Of a DNA stretch of 16,640 nt, positions 8,977-16,640 are shown in pieces. The translations under genes and the position numbers were made by a program. The stretch comes from Fidelibacterota bacterium (GTDB lineage: Bacteria > Fidelibacterota > Fidelibacteria > Fidelibacterales > Fidelibacteraceae), in NCBI GenBank assembly GCA_034723415.1, contig JAYEOX010000081.1, forward strand, positions 1 through 16,640, written 5' to 3'. The first letter of the stretch is position 1. Each line of letters begins with the position of its first letter. The notes under the pieces are model-generated. The model saw only the letters and a program-made list of their open reading frames with translations. It was not told the DNA's origin and did not search any database.

Positions 8977-10188
8977 TTATCTACATCCCAAAACTTCATT
9001 TAATAGATCTAAGTAATCCCCCAACAATCTTGTTATCAAAAAATTATTCCTAACCTTTTCTTTTCCCTTTTTACCAACTTTCTTAAATGATTTGGGATCC
9101 TTTAAAATTTCTATAATTTTTTTTGCAAATCCATCAAGATCATTCGGCTCAAATAAAAAACCATCTTCACCATTCGTGATCTGTAATGGAATTCCGCCAA
9201 CATTAGAAGCAACAACTGGTGTCTCTTTCCATAATGCTTCAGTAATTGTAAGTCCAAAACCTTCTCTGATAGATTTTTGTATAATAACATCAGACACTCT
9301 TTGCAAAATATTAACAAGAATATTATTATTAATATTTAGTAATATTACATCGCCTTTTTCAATTAAATCATTAGCTTCTCTTTCAACAGTTTCATAAATT
9401 TCTATTCCTTCAGGGTCATCCCCTGCCATACTACCACATAATATTAATCTGCAATCTACTTTTTCCTTAACAAGCTTAAATGTATTTATAACACCTATTG
9501 GATCTTTCCATTTATCAAATCGAGATATTTGTGTGACTAAAGGTTTATCAGTTGGTATTCCAAATTTATGAAGATATTTATTTATTACTTTTTCAGATAA
9601 ATCCATATTTTTGGGAGTAAGAGGATCAATTACCGGGCTAATAATTTTCTCTTCAAATGGAATATCATTTCTATAACTTTCATGAGATATAATCACATTA
9701 TCATATTGTAATATATAACCCTTTAGAAAATGCCACAATTTACTGTTAGGATGAGACAGATCAATATGGCATCTCCATATCCATGGTTGTTTTCTTTTAT
9801 AAAACTGAATCAGAGGAAGTGGTTGAGGGTCATGGATTATTACAAAATCATGATTTAAATGTGTATAAGCAGAAAAATCTTCATTTGTTTTACGATATAG
9901 TTCCTTTTTAATTGATGTTAAATGAATTGAATCGCCTTGTAAAGCATTATGAAATTTTTTAGTTATCGCAAACATATCCGGAGAGCCACGAAGAGTTCGC
10001 CAACCAGCATCTAATCCAACATCATTCATAAGTGGTATAAGAGAGCTCAAAATTTCAGCGACCCCACCACCATAATATGTTGAATTAATATGAACTACAC
10101 TTTTACCGGATAATTTCCTTGATTTCTTATATATTTCACTAATAATCTTGTCACCTACAATTTCTCTGTAATCATTTACAGTTTTCAT
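8977..10188 (-). CDS. treT: GT4 glycosyltransferase, trehalose synthase TreT-like
   Basis: HINSTYYGGGVAEIL, TKKFHNALQG, IHDPQP, WRCHID, QISRFDKWKDP and EGFGLTITEALWK motifs. RBS GGAGGA (10195-10200) lies within the end of the upstream gene. Confidence 0.85.
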   Translation of the reverse strand: MKTVNDYREIVGDKIISEIYKKSRKLSGKSVVHINSTYYGGGVAEILSSLIPLMNDVGLDAGWRTLRGSPDMFAITKKFHNALQGDSIHLTSIKKELYRKTNEDFSAYTHLNHDFVIIHDPQPLPLIQFYKRKQPWIWRCHIDLSHPNSKLWHFLKGYILQYDNVIISHESYRNDIPFEEKIISPVIDPLTPKNMDLSEKVINKYLHKFGIPTDKPLVTQISRFDKWKDPIGVINTFKLVKEKVDCRLILCGSMAGDDPEGIEIYETVEREANDLIEKGDVILLNINNNILVNILQRVSDVIIQKSIREGFGLTITEALWKETPVVASNVGGIPLQITNGEDGFLFEPNDLDGFAKKIIEILKDPKSFKKVGKKGKEKVRNNFLITRLLGDYLDLLNEVLGCR

Positions 10189-10190
10189 CG

Positions 10191-12371
10191 CTATTCCTCC
10201 TTTAATAATTCTGTTAATAAATGTTTCACATCATTCGGTGATTTTATATTAAACTTAGCTTCAGATGAATTAAATCCAACATTTATGCTATATGCTTTCT
10301 TGGGTAACACTTTAAACATTTCTTCATCCGTCAAATCATCTCCTAAAGCCAAAATAAAATCCCACCTGCTTTTAGAAAGCCATTGCAAGACTGCTCTTCC
10401 TTTATCTATTCCGAAACTTTTAATTTCTATAGCTTTGTCTCCTTCTAATACATGGAGATTTAAGTTATTTGTAAAATATTTAAGTGTCTCAACTAATTCA
10501 CCACACCTGACTTTTGCCAAATTATCATCAGTTTTCCTATAATGCCAAACCAACGAAAATTCTTTCTCTTCAAGAAATGACCCTGGTGTTCTATCTACAA
10601 ATAGTTTAATAATGGGGCGTATATCTTTTTTCCATTCAACATTGAGATTTTCTATTGTATGCCATGATTTGTTTTTAGATCGAAGCCAAGCACCATGTTC
10701 TGCAACTAATGATATGTCAAGATGGCCAAACCATTTCTGAAGTATATTCTTATCTCGACCACTAATAATTACAACCTCATTGCTTTGTTGTTTAGATAGT
10801 GACTGTAATAAATTCAACAAGTTATCGTCAGGAATGGCCTTTTCTGGTGTTGAAGCAAGGGAAACAAGAGTACCATCATAATCTAATAAAATTAATCTTT
10901 TCTTTCCTGAAGAATAATCACTTATTAGTTTCTGCTTTGCTTGAGGAGTTAATAATTTTATCAATTTATCTTCTTGTAATTTTTTAATTTCTTTTAAAGA
11001 ATTTAAGAATTCTTTTCCCCATCGTTTTATATCATATGTCTTAAGTCTATTTTGCATGGCTTTATTTCCCTTAATTTGTTCATCTTCCGAAAGGGATAAT
11101 GCTGTTTGTAAAGCAATTTCAATTTCATTAATGTTATTTGGATTAATAATAATAGCATCGCCCAATTCCTTAGCTGCTCCAGCCATTTCGCTAAGTATTA
11201 ATACACCCTTATTATTTTTTTTGCTGGCGATATATTCTTTTGCAATTAAATTCATTCCATCTCTAAATGGTGTTACAAGTGCAATATCAGCAATATTATA
11301 AACAGCAACCATAGTTTCAAAAGGCAATGATCTGTATAAATAGAATATCGGTGTATAATCAATTTCTCCATATTTACCATTAATTTTCCCAACGAGTTTA
11401 TCAATTTCAGTTTTCAATTCTTCATATTTTTTTATTTGCGTTCGTGAGGGCACTACTACAACAAACAATGAAATTTTTCCTACATATTCAGGATTTTGTT
11501 CTAAGAAAAGTTCAAAAGCTTTTAACCGTTGAGAAATACCCTTAGAATAATCCAATCGATCAATAGATAATATAATTTTATGATTCTTTATTTTTTTACG
11601 AAGTTTAGAAATCTCTTTTTTAACATCATTATTATCATTGGCATTTGCAAACTTTTTATAATTTATTCCCATAGGAAAAGAATCAATTTTTATAATTCGA
11701 TCTCTTAAATTTATATTATTAGAAGTATGATCATAACCAAGTAAACGCATAACTGAGTTCATGAAATAATGAGCATAATCGTATGTATGAAAACCAATAA
11801 GATCTGCTCCCAACAAACCTTGAAGAATTTCATTTCGCCATGGGAATGAGCGAAACATTTCAAATGAAGGGAAAGGAATATGAAGAAAAAAACCAATAGT
11901 TGCTTTTGGAATTTTTTCCCTAATAAGTTGTGGAAGTAACATTAATTGATAATCTTGTATCCAAAATATATCTCCAGGTTTAGCAACTTCTACGATTTTA
12001 TCACAAAATACTTGATTTACCTCACGGTATGTTTCCCAAGTATTATCATTATATTTTACATACTGGGGAAAATAATGAAATAATGGCCAAATTGTATCAT
12101 TGCTGAATCCATAGTAATATTTATTAATATGTTCATTCGTTAAAAAAATCGGATACATGTCCTTAGCAGTAAGATTTTCTCTAATGGTATTTTGTTCAGT
12201 TTTATTATTTGTAATTATACCCGGCCATCCTACCCATAATGTTTTGTAAAAATTGCTAACTGATGACAATCCGGTAGCTAAACCTCCAACACTATAAGAA
12301 AAAACAATTTTATTTTTTATCTTTGTAGCTTTTACCGGTAATCTGTTCGATACTATTATTATTCTATTCAT
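10191..12371 (-). CDS. Bifunctional trehalose-6-phosphate synthase/phosphatase (OtsA-OtsB fusion)
   Basis: GT20 motifs VSNRLP, GGLA, WVGWPG, FFLHIPFP, DRLDYSKG and DGMNLIAKEY; HAD phosphatase motifs DYDGTL, ISGR, AEHG and GDDLTDE. Confidence 0.95.
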   Translation of the reverse strand: MNRIIIVSNRLPVKATKIKNKIVFSYSVGGLATGLSSVSNFYKTLWVGWPGIITNNKTEQNTIRENLTAKDMYPIFLTNEHINKYYYGFSNDTIWPLFHYFPQYVKYNDNTWETYREVNQVFCDKIVEVAKPGDIFWIQDYQLMLLPQLIREKIPKATIGFFLHIPFPSFEMFRSFPWRNEILQGLLGADLIGFHTYDYAHYFMNSVMRLLGYDHTSNNINLRDRIIKIDSFPMGINYKKFANANDNNDVKKEISKLRKKIKNHKIILSIDRLDYSKGISQRLKAFELFLEQNPEYVGKISLFVVVVPSRTQIKKYEELKTEIDKLVGKINGKYGEIDYTPIFYLYRSLPFETMVAVYNIADIALVTPFRDGMNLIAKEYIASKKNNKGVLILSEMAGAAKELGDAIIINPNNINEIEIALQTALSLSEDEQIKGNKAMQNRLKTYDIKRWGKEFLNSLKEIKKLQEDKLIKLLTPQAKQKLISDYSSGKKRLILLDYDGTLVSLASTPEKAIPDDNLLNLLQSLSKQQSNEVVIISGRDKNILQKWFGHLDISLVAEHGAWLRSKNKSWHTIENLNVEWKKDIRPIIKLFVDRTPGSFLEEKEFSLVWHYRKTDDNLAKVRCGELVETLKYFTNNLNLHVLEGDKAIEIKSFGIDKGRAVLQWLSKSRWDFILALGDDLTDEEMFKVLPKKAYSINVGFNSSEAKFNIKSPNDVKHLLTELLKEE

Positions 12372-12474
12372 ATTAATACCTACATTATTTTAATTCTTAA
12401 TATCCACTAAAATCATCTCCCTTATTTTCCCTGATTTTGAATATATAATAAACCAAATTCTATAATATTTTGAA

Positions 12475-13755
12475 TTATCTATATTCAGTAACAGAAACAA
12501 CCGTTTGCCAAAGTTTTCCCATCTCGTCAATTTTTTTTCTCTTTGAAATTGCTAAGGGAATAGGAATATGCACATATTCCTGATTGATATAACCTGCTAA
12601 CATATTTGTTCTACCCGAAAAAGCTGCATGTACTGCATTTTGACCTAATTGTAAACAAAACAATGAATCATTAGCATTGGCTGGTTTACTACGAATAATA
12701 TAACTTGGATCAATATATTTTACGGAAGTTGGGAAATTCCTCTTTTTAAAATATTCCGTTATTTTTTCTTTTAAAAAAACACCAATATCCTTATTTAAAA
12801 CATTGCCGGAAGCATCTACTTTATTTTCGCCTTCAAAAAAATCTTGTCCCGCACCTTCTGCAATAACAATTACCGCATGTTTGTGTCGTCTTAACCTGTC
12901 TTCCAATATTTCAAGCAAACCATTATTCCCTTCTAATTTGAATTTAACTTCCGGAATAAAACAGAAATTTACATCGGTACTTGCTAAAGTAGCTTGAGCA
13001 GCAATAAAACCAGATTTTCTGCCCATAAGTTTTACTAATCCAATACCATTCTCAGTTCCTTTTGATTCAACATGAGCTGACTGTATAACTTTTCGTGATT
13101 CCTCTACGGCAGTTTCAAAACCAAATGTTTTTTCAGAGAAAGGAATATCATTATCAATAGTTTTGGGAATGCCTATTACAGAAATATCCAATTTTCTTTT
13201 TTTAATCTCATCAACAATTTCTGCTGCACCATGTAATGTCCCATCTCCCCCAATTGTAAATAAAATTGAAATTCTAAGTTCTAATAAATAGTCAACAATT
13301 TTCTTCACATCTTGAGGTCCCCGAGATGAACCTAATATTGTTCCGCCATCTTCATGAATATCATTTACCATATCAGTATTAAGTAATATTGGCTCAATAT
13401 TATTGTCTTTAACCATTCCTTTATAACCATATCTAAAACCATAAACCTTGTTTACTTTATAATCATCATAGGATTCGTAAACAATCGCTCTTATAACATC
13501 GTTTAAACCGGGACATATTCCCCCACAAGTTACAATCCCAATATTTGTTTTTGAAGGATCAAAGAAAAGTTTTTTTCTTGGACCAGCCAACTCAAAAGAG
13601 GCAGGGCTTCCATTTACTGGGTTGTCCCCAATGCGGACATTAAGCAAAACTTGCATATTCTCTTCAATAAAACAACATTTTTCTATTCTCAAATGAGAAT
13701 CATGATTAGCTTTTCCCAATCGCTCGGTTTGAAATTTTTCTTTTTCTATATTCAT
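12475..13755 (-). CDS. pfkA: ATP-dependent 6-phosphofructokinase (group X-type PfkA family)
   Basis: AGPRKKLFF, TCGGICPGLN, GGTILGSSRG, GGDGT (Gly rather than Asp, implying ATP specificity), PKTIDND, MGR and YIDPSYIIRS motifs. Confidence 0.9.
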   Translation of the reverse strand: MNIEKEKFQTERLGKANHDSHLRIEKCCFIEENMQVLLNVRIGDNPVNGSPASFELAGPRKKLFFDPSKTNIGIVTCGGICPGLNDVIRAIVYESYDDYKVNKVYGFRYGYKGMVKDNNIEPILLNTDMVNDIHEDGGTILGSSRGPQDVKKIVDYLLELRISILFTIGGDGTLHGAAEIVDEIKKRKLDISVIGIPKTIDNDIPFSEKTFGFETAVEESRKVIQSAHVESKGTENGIGLVKLMGRKSGFIAAQATLASTDVNFCFIPEVKFKLEGNNGLLEILEDRLRRHKHAVIVIAEGAGQDFFEGENKVDASGNVLNKDIGVFLKEKITEYFKKRNFPTSVKYIDPSYIIRSKPANANDSLFCLQLGQNAVHAAFSGRTNMLAGYINQEYVHIPIPLAISKRKKIDEMGKLWQTVVSVTEYR

Positions 13756-13784
13756 TAATATTACTTCTATTTTTTTACTATTTA

Positions 13785-13813
13785 AATGTATAAAATATTT
13801 TGTTTATGTTCAA
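13785..13813 (-). promoter_or_regulatory. Candidate sigma70 promoter for pfk and the trehalose genes
   Basis: Minus strand TTGAAC (13813-13808), a 17-bp spacer, then TACATT (13790-13785), about 30 bp upstream of the pfk start. Confidence 0.3.
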
Positions 13814-13829
13814 GTATTTTATTAATCAA

Positions 13830-14123
13830 TTGAAACACCCCGAAAATTCAAGATAAATAAAATATTCTAATTATGTTTTTATTAATTTAACGATTTATGG
13901 AATACATCAACCGTGTTGATGTGTAGAAATGTCGGAGACATTTCTTTTTTGTTTTCATAAAAATCTTCGATTTTTTGCATTAACACGGTTAATGCACTCC
14001 AAAAATATTAATAAAATAAATTAATATGATAATATTAAAAACAATTTTAAAATATTATTTATGTAACATAATATGCTATCGATAGTTATACGAATTATCC
14101 TCGTTTTTTTCGGGGTATTTCAG
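13830..14123. mobile_element. MITE-like non-autonomous element (294 bp) with 13-bp target-site duplication
   Basis: Left end TTGAAACACCCCGAAAA (13830-13846) versus reverse complement of right end CTGAAATACCCCGAAAA (14107-14123), 15/17 identical. Immediately flanked by identical TTTTATTAATCAA at 13817-13829 and 14124-14136. No ORF of 60 aa or more inside. Confidence 0.8.
13898..14001. repeat. REP-doublet (REPIN-like) inverted repeat enclosing two further triloop hairpins
   Basis: TGGAATACATCAACCGTGTTGATGTG (13898-13923) versus reverse complement of 13976-14001, TGGAGTGCATTAACCGTGTTAATGCA (20/26). Each copy is itself a perfect hairpin. Inner hairpins lie at 13925-13945 and 13959-13975. Confidence 0.7.
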
Positions 14124-14187
14124 TTTTATTAATCAAAATAAACAGTACTTCCGTAAAAAACGAAGTGCACGTATCGGGGCGTGAACC

Positions 14188-14565
14188 TCAATCTATTTTT
14201 CTCAACATTTTAATCAGCCAAAACGATATAATTAATCCTATACAATAATGAATAATGTCAAGCCAAGAAAATGAAGTCCCCAGCATTGCTCTTCCGATAA
14301 AACCATCTCGTATAATTTCTAAAAACAATGGATGCCACAATTGCAGAATTTCAAGAATTGTTGTAATAATAAAAACGATAGTAGCAATTTTCCAGGGTTT
14401 TGTTTTTTGGAAAACAATCGAGAAAAATAGAGACCAAAAGATTACATAGAGAATTCCCCCAAAAGAATCATGCACCCAAGATGACGCAAATCCGTTATAA
14501 AATTTTGTATATAATCCTATTGGAATCAGAGAAATAATAAAAATAATTGTCCATTTTTTCTTCAT
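14188..14565 (-). CDS. Small membrane protein, DUF2809-like
   Basis: Four hydrophobic segments; patterns D..GGILY, LEILQLW, GRAMLGTSFSWLDI..Y.IG. ATG 14565 is preferred over 14577 because GGAGA lies about 5-6 nt upstream. Confidence 0.75.
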   Translation of the reverse strand: MKKKWTIIFIISLIPIGLYTKFYNGFASSWVHDSFGGILYVIFWSLFFSIVFQKTKPWKIATIVFIITTILEILQLWHPLFLEIIRDGFIGRAMLGTSFSWLDIIHYCIGLIISFWLIKMLRKID

Positions 14566-14579
14566 TAAATTCTCCATTC

Positions 14580-14615
14580 CTCAACCTTAATCTTAACCTT
14601 AGTCTCAACCTTAAC
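14580..14615. repeat. Six degenerate tandem hexamers (consensus CTYAAY)
   Basis: CTCAAC CTTAAT CTTAAC CTTAGT CTCAAC CTTAAC. Confidence 0.8.
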
Positions 14616-14623
14616 CTTTAATT

Positions 14624-16168
14624 CTACCTTTCAAACATTTTCAATACATTCGGCAGATAATTTATCAGATCTGAGGCAATCATACTTCTATTTCCAAGAT
14701 CTCTTTCTGCAAGCTCCCCTGCTCTACCGTGAATATGAGCTCCGATCAAAGTTGCATCTTCAGGTGAATATTCTTGAGCAAGTAAACTACCAATAATTCC
14801 CGTTAGAACATCACCTGACCCGGCTGTTGCCATTCCCGGCACACCTGTAGAATGAATATACATTTCGCCATTTGGAAATGCAGTTATGGAAGTTGAACTT
14901 TTTAAATGAATAATTATTTTATATTTTTGTGTTGTTGTTTTTAATATTTCTATCAAATTTTCAGAGAGATCTTCCGCTTTAATTGAAAATAAACGACAGA
15001 ATTCTCCCCAATGTGGTGTAATAACAAGCGGAAAATTAATTGATAAAAAATCACTTGGTTTTAAATGAAATAATCCATCTGCATCAATAACAGCTGGCTT
15101 TTTATTAAATTTTAAAAATGCGTGAACAAAAGCATTCGTTTCTTTTTTTCTACCAATCCCGGGACCCAATAAATATGCTTTTGTCTTTGGATCCAACTTT
15201 TTTACAATCTCAATATCATCTACTGTTAAATAATTTTTATTGTTTGATTGATGAACTATCGTTTCTATTGAGTGTGATTTTAGATTACTTGCAACACTTT
15301 TGGGAACGATAGTATGCAAAATTCCAACTCCACTTCTCAATACAGAAAGTGATGAAAGTGTAATTGCACCCCCCATCGAACTCGAGCCACCAATCGCCAC
15401 AAGTTGCCCAATTTGATATTTATGAGCTGTAATTGAAATTGGACGAATTAATTTTTTTATCATTTTATCCTTACAGAGAAATATTGAATTTTCCACTTTT
15501 TTAAATGACTCGTCAGGGTAACCCAAATCGACCATTTTTACTTCACCATTATGTGCTTTTCCATCTTGCAAAAAATTGCCCAACTTATAAAACCCCATTG
15601 TTGTTGTAACATCAGCTCGTAAAGCCGCCCCTCGATTTTTTCCATTTGTACCATCGATCCCGGAGGGAATATCAATTGCCAAAATCGGTTGCTCTGTATG
15701 TTTCCGAACTAATAATTCGATGAAAGTTTTTAAATTTCCTCTCAATTCGCTGTTAAGTCCTGTTCCTAACAATCCATCTATCCATAACGAATCATTACTC
15801 AATTTATTTTCAATTTCTTGTATATCATCAATATAAATTGGTTTGATCCCAACATCGACCATTCTATTAAAATGATACTTCGCGTCGCCTTTAATCTCAT
15901 CTTTTTCGGGAATACAAAATACTTCCACATCTTTACCAAGTTGATAAAGTTCATAAGCAGCAACAAAACCATCGCCACCGTTATTTCCCTTTCCACAAAA
16001 AACTTGACATTTGGAAATTCTCTCTTCCTGCATGATCTTAAAAGCATTTTCCGCAGCAAATCCACCTGCTTTTTTCATTAATTTTTCACCGGCTAATCCA
16101 AGTTCTCCCATTGCAATTTTGTCAACGGTTTGTGCATCTTGCGAAGTTAAAATAATATTTTTGTTCAT
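14624..16168 (-). CDS. nnr: Bifunctional NAD(P)H-hydrate epimerase/dehydratase (YjeF/Nnr)
   Basis: CGKGNNGGDG, DGLLGTG and AIDIPSG (YjeF_N); GPGIG, VIDADG, TPHWGEF and MATAGSGDVLTG (carbohydrate-kinase-like domain). Confidence 0.95.
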   Translation of the reverse strand: MNKNIILTSQDAQTVDKIAMGELGLAGEKLMKKAGGFAAENAFKIMQEERISKCQVFCGKGNNGGDGFVAAYELYQLGKDVEVFCIPEKDEIKGDAKYHFNRMVDVGIKPIYIDDIQEIENKLSNDSLWIDGLLGTGLNSELRGNLKTFIELLVRKHTEQPILAIDIPSGIDGTNGKNRGAALRADVTTTMGFYKLGNFLQDGKAHNGEVKMVDLGYPDESFKKVENSIFLCKDKMIKKLIRPISITAHKYQIGQLVAIGGSSSMGGAITLSSLSVLRSGVGILHTIVPKSVASNLKSHSIETIVHQSNNKNYLTVDDIEIVKKLDPKTKAYLLGPGIGRKKETNAFVHAFLKFNKKPAVIDADGLFHLKPSDFLSINFPLVITPHWGEFCRLFSIKAEDLSENLIEILKTTTQKYKIIIHLKSSTSITAFPNGEMYIHSTGVPGMATAGSGDVLTGIIGSLLAQEYSPEDATLIGAHIHGRAGELAERDLGNRSMIASDLINYLPNVLKMFER

Positions 16169-16180
16169 AATTTTTTCTCT

Positions 16181-16639
16181 TTATTTTTTAAATCTAAGTT
16201 TATTTAAAATCGTTAATGAATTTTTATCAAATTTAGAAAATGCAAACCATTTTTTCCTCTCGACAGAATCAATCCTTGCAAAAACAGAAGCATTTGAAGA
16301 TATAAATCGTCTCATGTTTGCAAAAGCATTTATAATTTGAATACTAATTTTGTCAGCAACTTCACTTTTCAAAACAGCGGAAAGCATAGCAACACCTTGT
16401 TCTGTAAAGACATATGGGAGAGCAGGAGAAAATTTTAATTTCTTGAGGTGGTCACAATTTGTGATAACCTCTTGTTTTTCTTCTTCAAGTATTTGAAAAC
16501 GAAATTTTTCAGGAAATCTATTAATATTTCGTTTGGCGGCTCGATTTATAATTCCGGTTTCAACATTATACAGTTCAGCCAAATCACTATCTATCATAAC
16601 TTGAACACCACGAATAGTAAAAATCTTATTCTGAATTTG
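16181..16639 (-). CDS. ORF6N-domain protein, 5'-partial, probably internally deleted (possible pseudogene)
   Basis: The frame is open beyond the listed Met to the window edge, reading QIQNKIFTIRGVQVMIDSDLAELYNVET...KRNINRFPEKFRFQ...LPYVFTEQGVAMLSAVLKS, typical of ORF6N. It then jumps directly to KKWFAFSK. Confidence 0.85.
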   Translation of the reverse strand, partial: QIQNKIFTIRGVQVMIDSDLAELYNVETGIINRAAKRNINRFPEKFRFQILEEEKQEVITNCDHLKKLKFSPALPYVFTEQGVAMLSAVLKSEVADKISIQIINAFANMRRFISSNASVFARIDSVERKKWFAFSKFDKNSLTILNKLRFKK

Positions 16640-16640
16640 T

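Noticed and set aside
13898..14001. Hairpin cluster as a CRISPR array, DGR hairpin or retron ncRNA
   Set aside because: The repeats are inverted rather than direct with spacers, and no cas, reverse transcriptase or TR/VR pair is present in the window.
14059..14085. Small palindromes TTATGT-A-ACATAA and CTATCGATAG inside the MITE
   Set aside because: Short and AT-rich; cannot be distinguished from chance without other copies of the element.
622..16340. Short alternative ORFs (622-822, 3960-4145, 7374-7880, 8596-8883, 9092-9397, 9111-9317, 10285-10542, 10799-10987, 11056-11301, 12803-12997, 14255-14449, 15118-15312, 15799-16065, 15818-16081, 16011-16340)
   Set aside because: All overlap well-supported genes on the antisense strand or in another frame and have no recognisable motifs; they are shadow ORFs.

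Overview
AT-rich bacterial chromosomal window. Gene content (group II-type GGGP synthase, xerD next to a site-2 protease gene) is compatible with an FCB-superphylum organism, but this is inference. Left part (+): a probable operon of a signal-peptide/7xWD40/caspase-like (C14) protein, a DUF4384-like lipoprotein and a polysaccharide deacetylase, then an rRNA pseudouridine synthase. Next is a housekeeping block (-) of GGGP synthase, gmhA, xerD and an M50 protease, followed by a secreted repeat protein of unknown function (+). A carbohydrate cluster (-) holds an ATP-type PFK, a fused trehalose-6-P synthase/phosphatase and a TreT-like glycosyltransferase. The right end (-) has a DUF2809-like membrane protein, nnr, and an ORF6N protein that looks internally deleted. 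The most striking non-coding feature is a 294-bp MITE-like element (13830-14123) with 17-bp terminal inverted repeats and an exact 13-bp flanking duplication. It carries a strand-symmetric core of four triloop hairpins whose outer pair covaries (REP/REPIN-like). No RNA genes, CRISPR arrays or transposases were seen. All family assignments come from motif recognition, not database searches.
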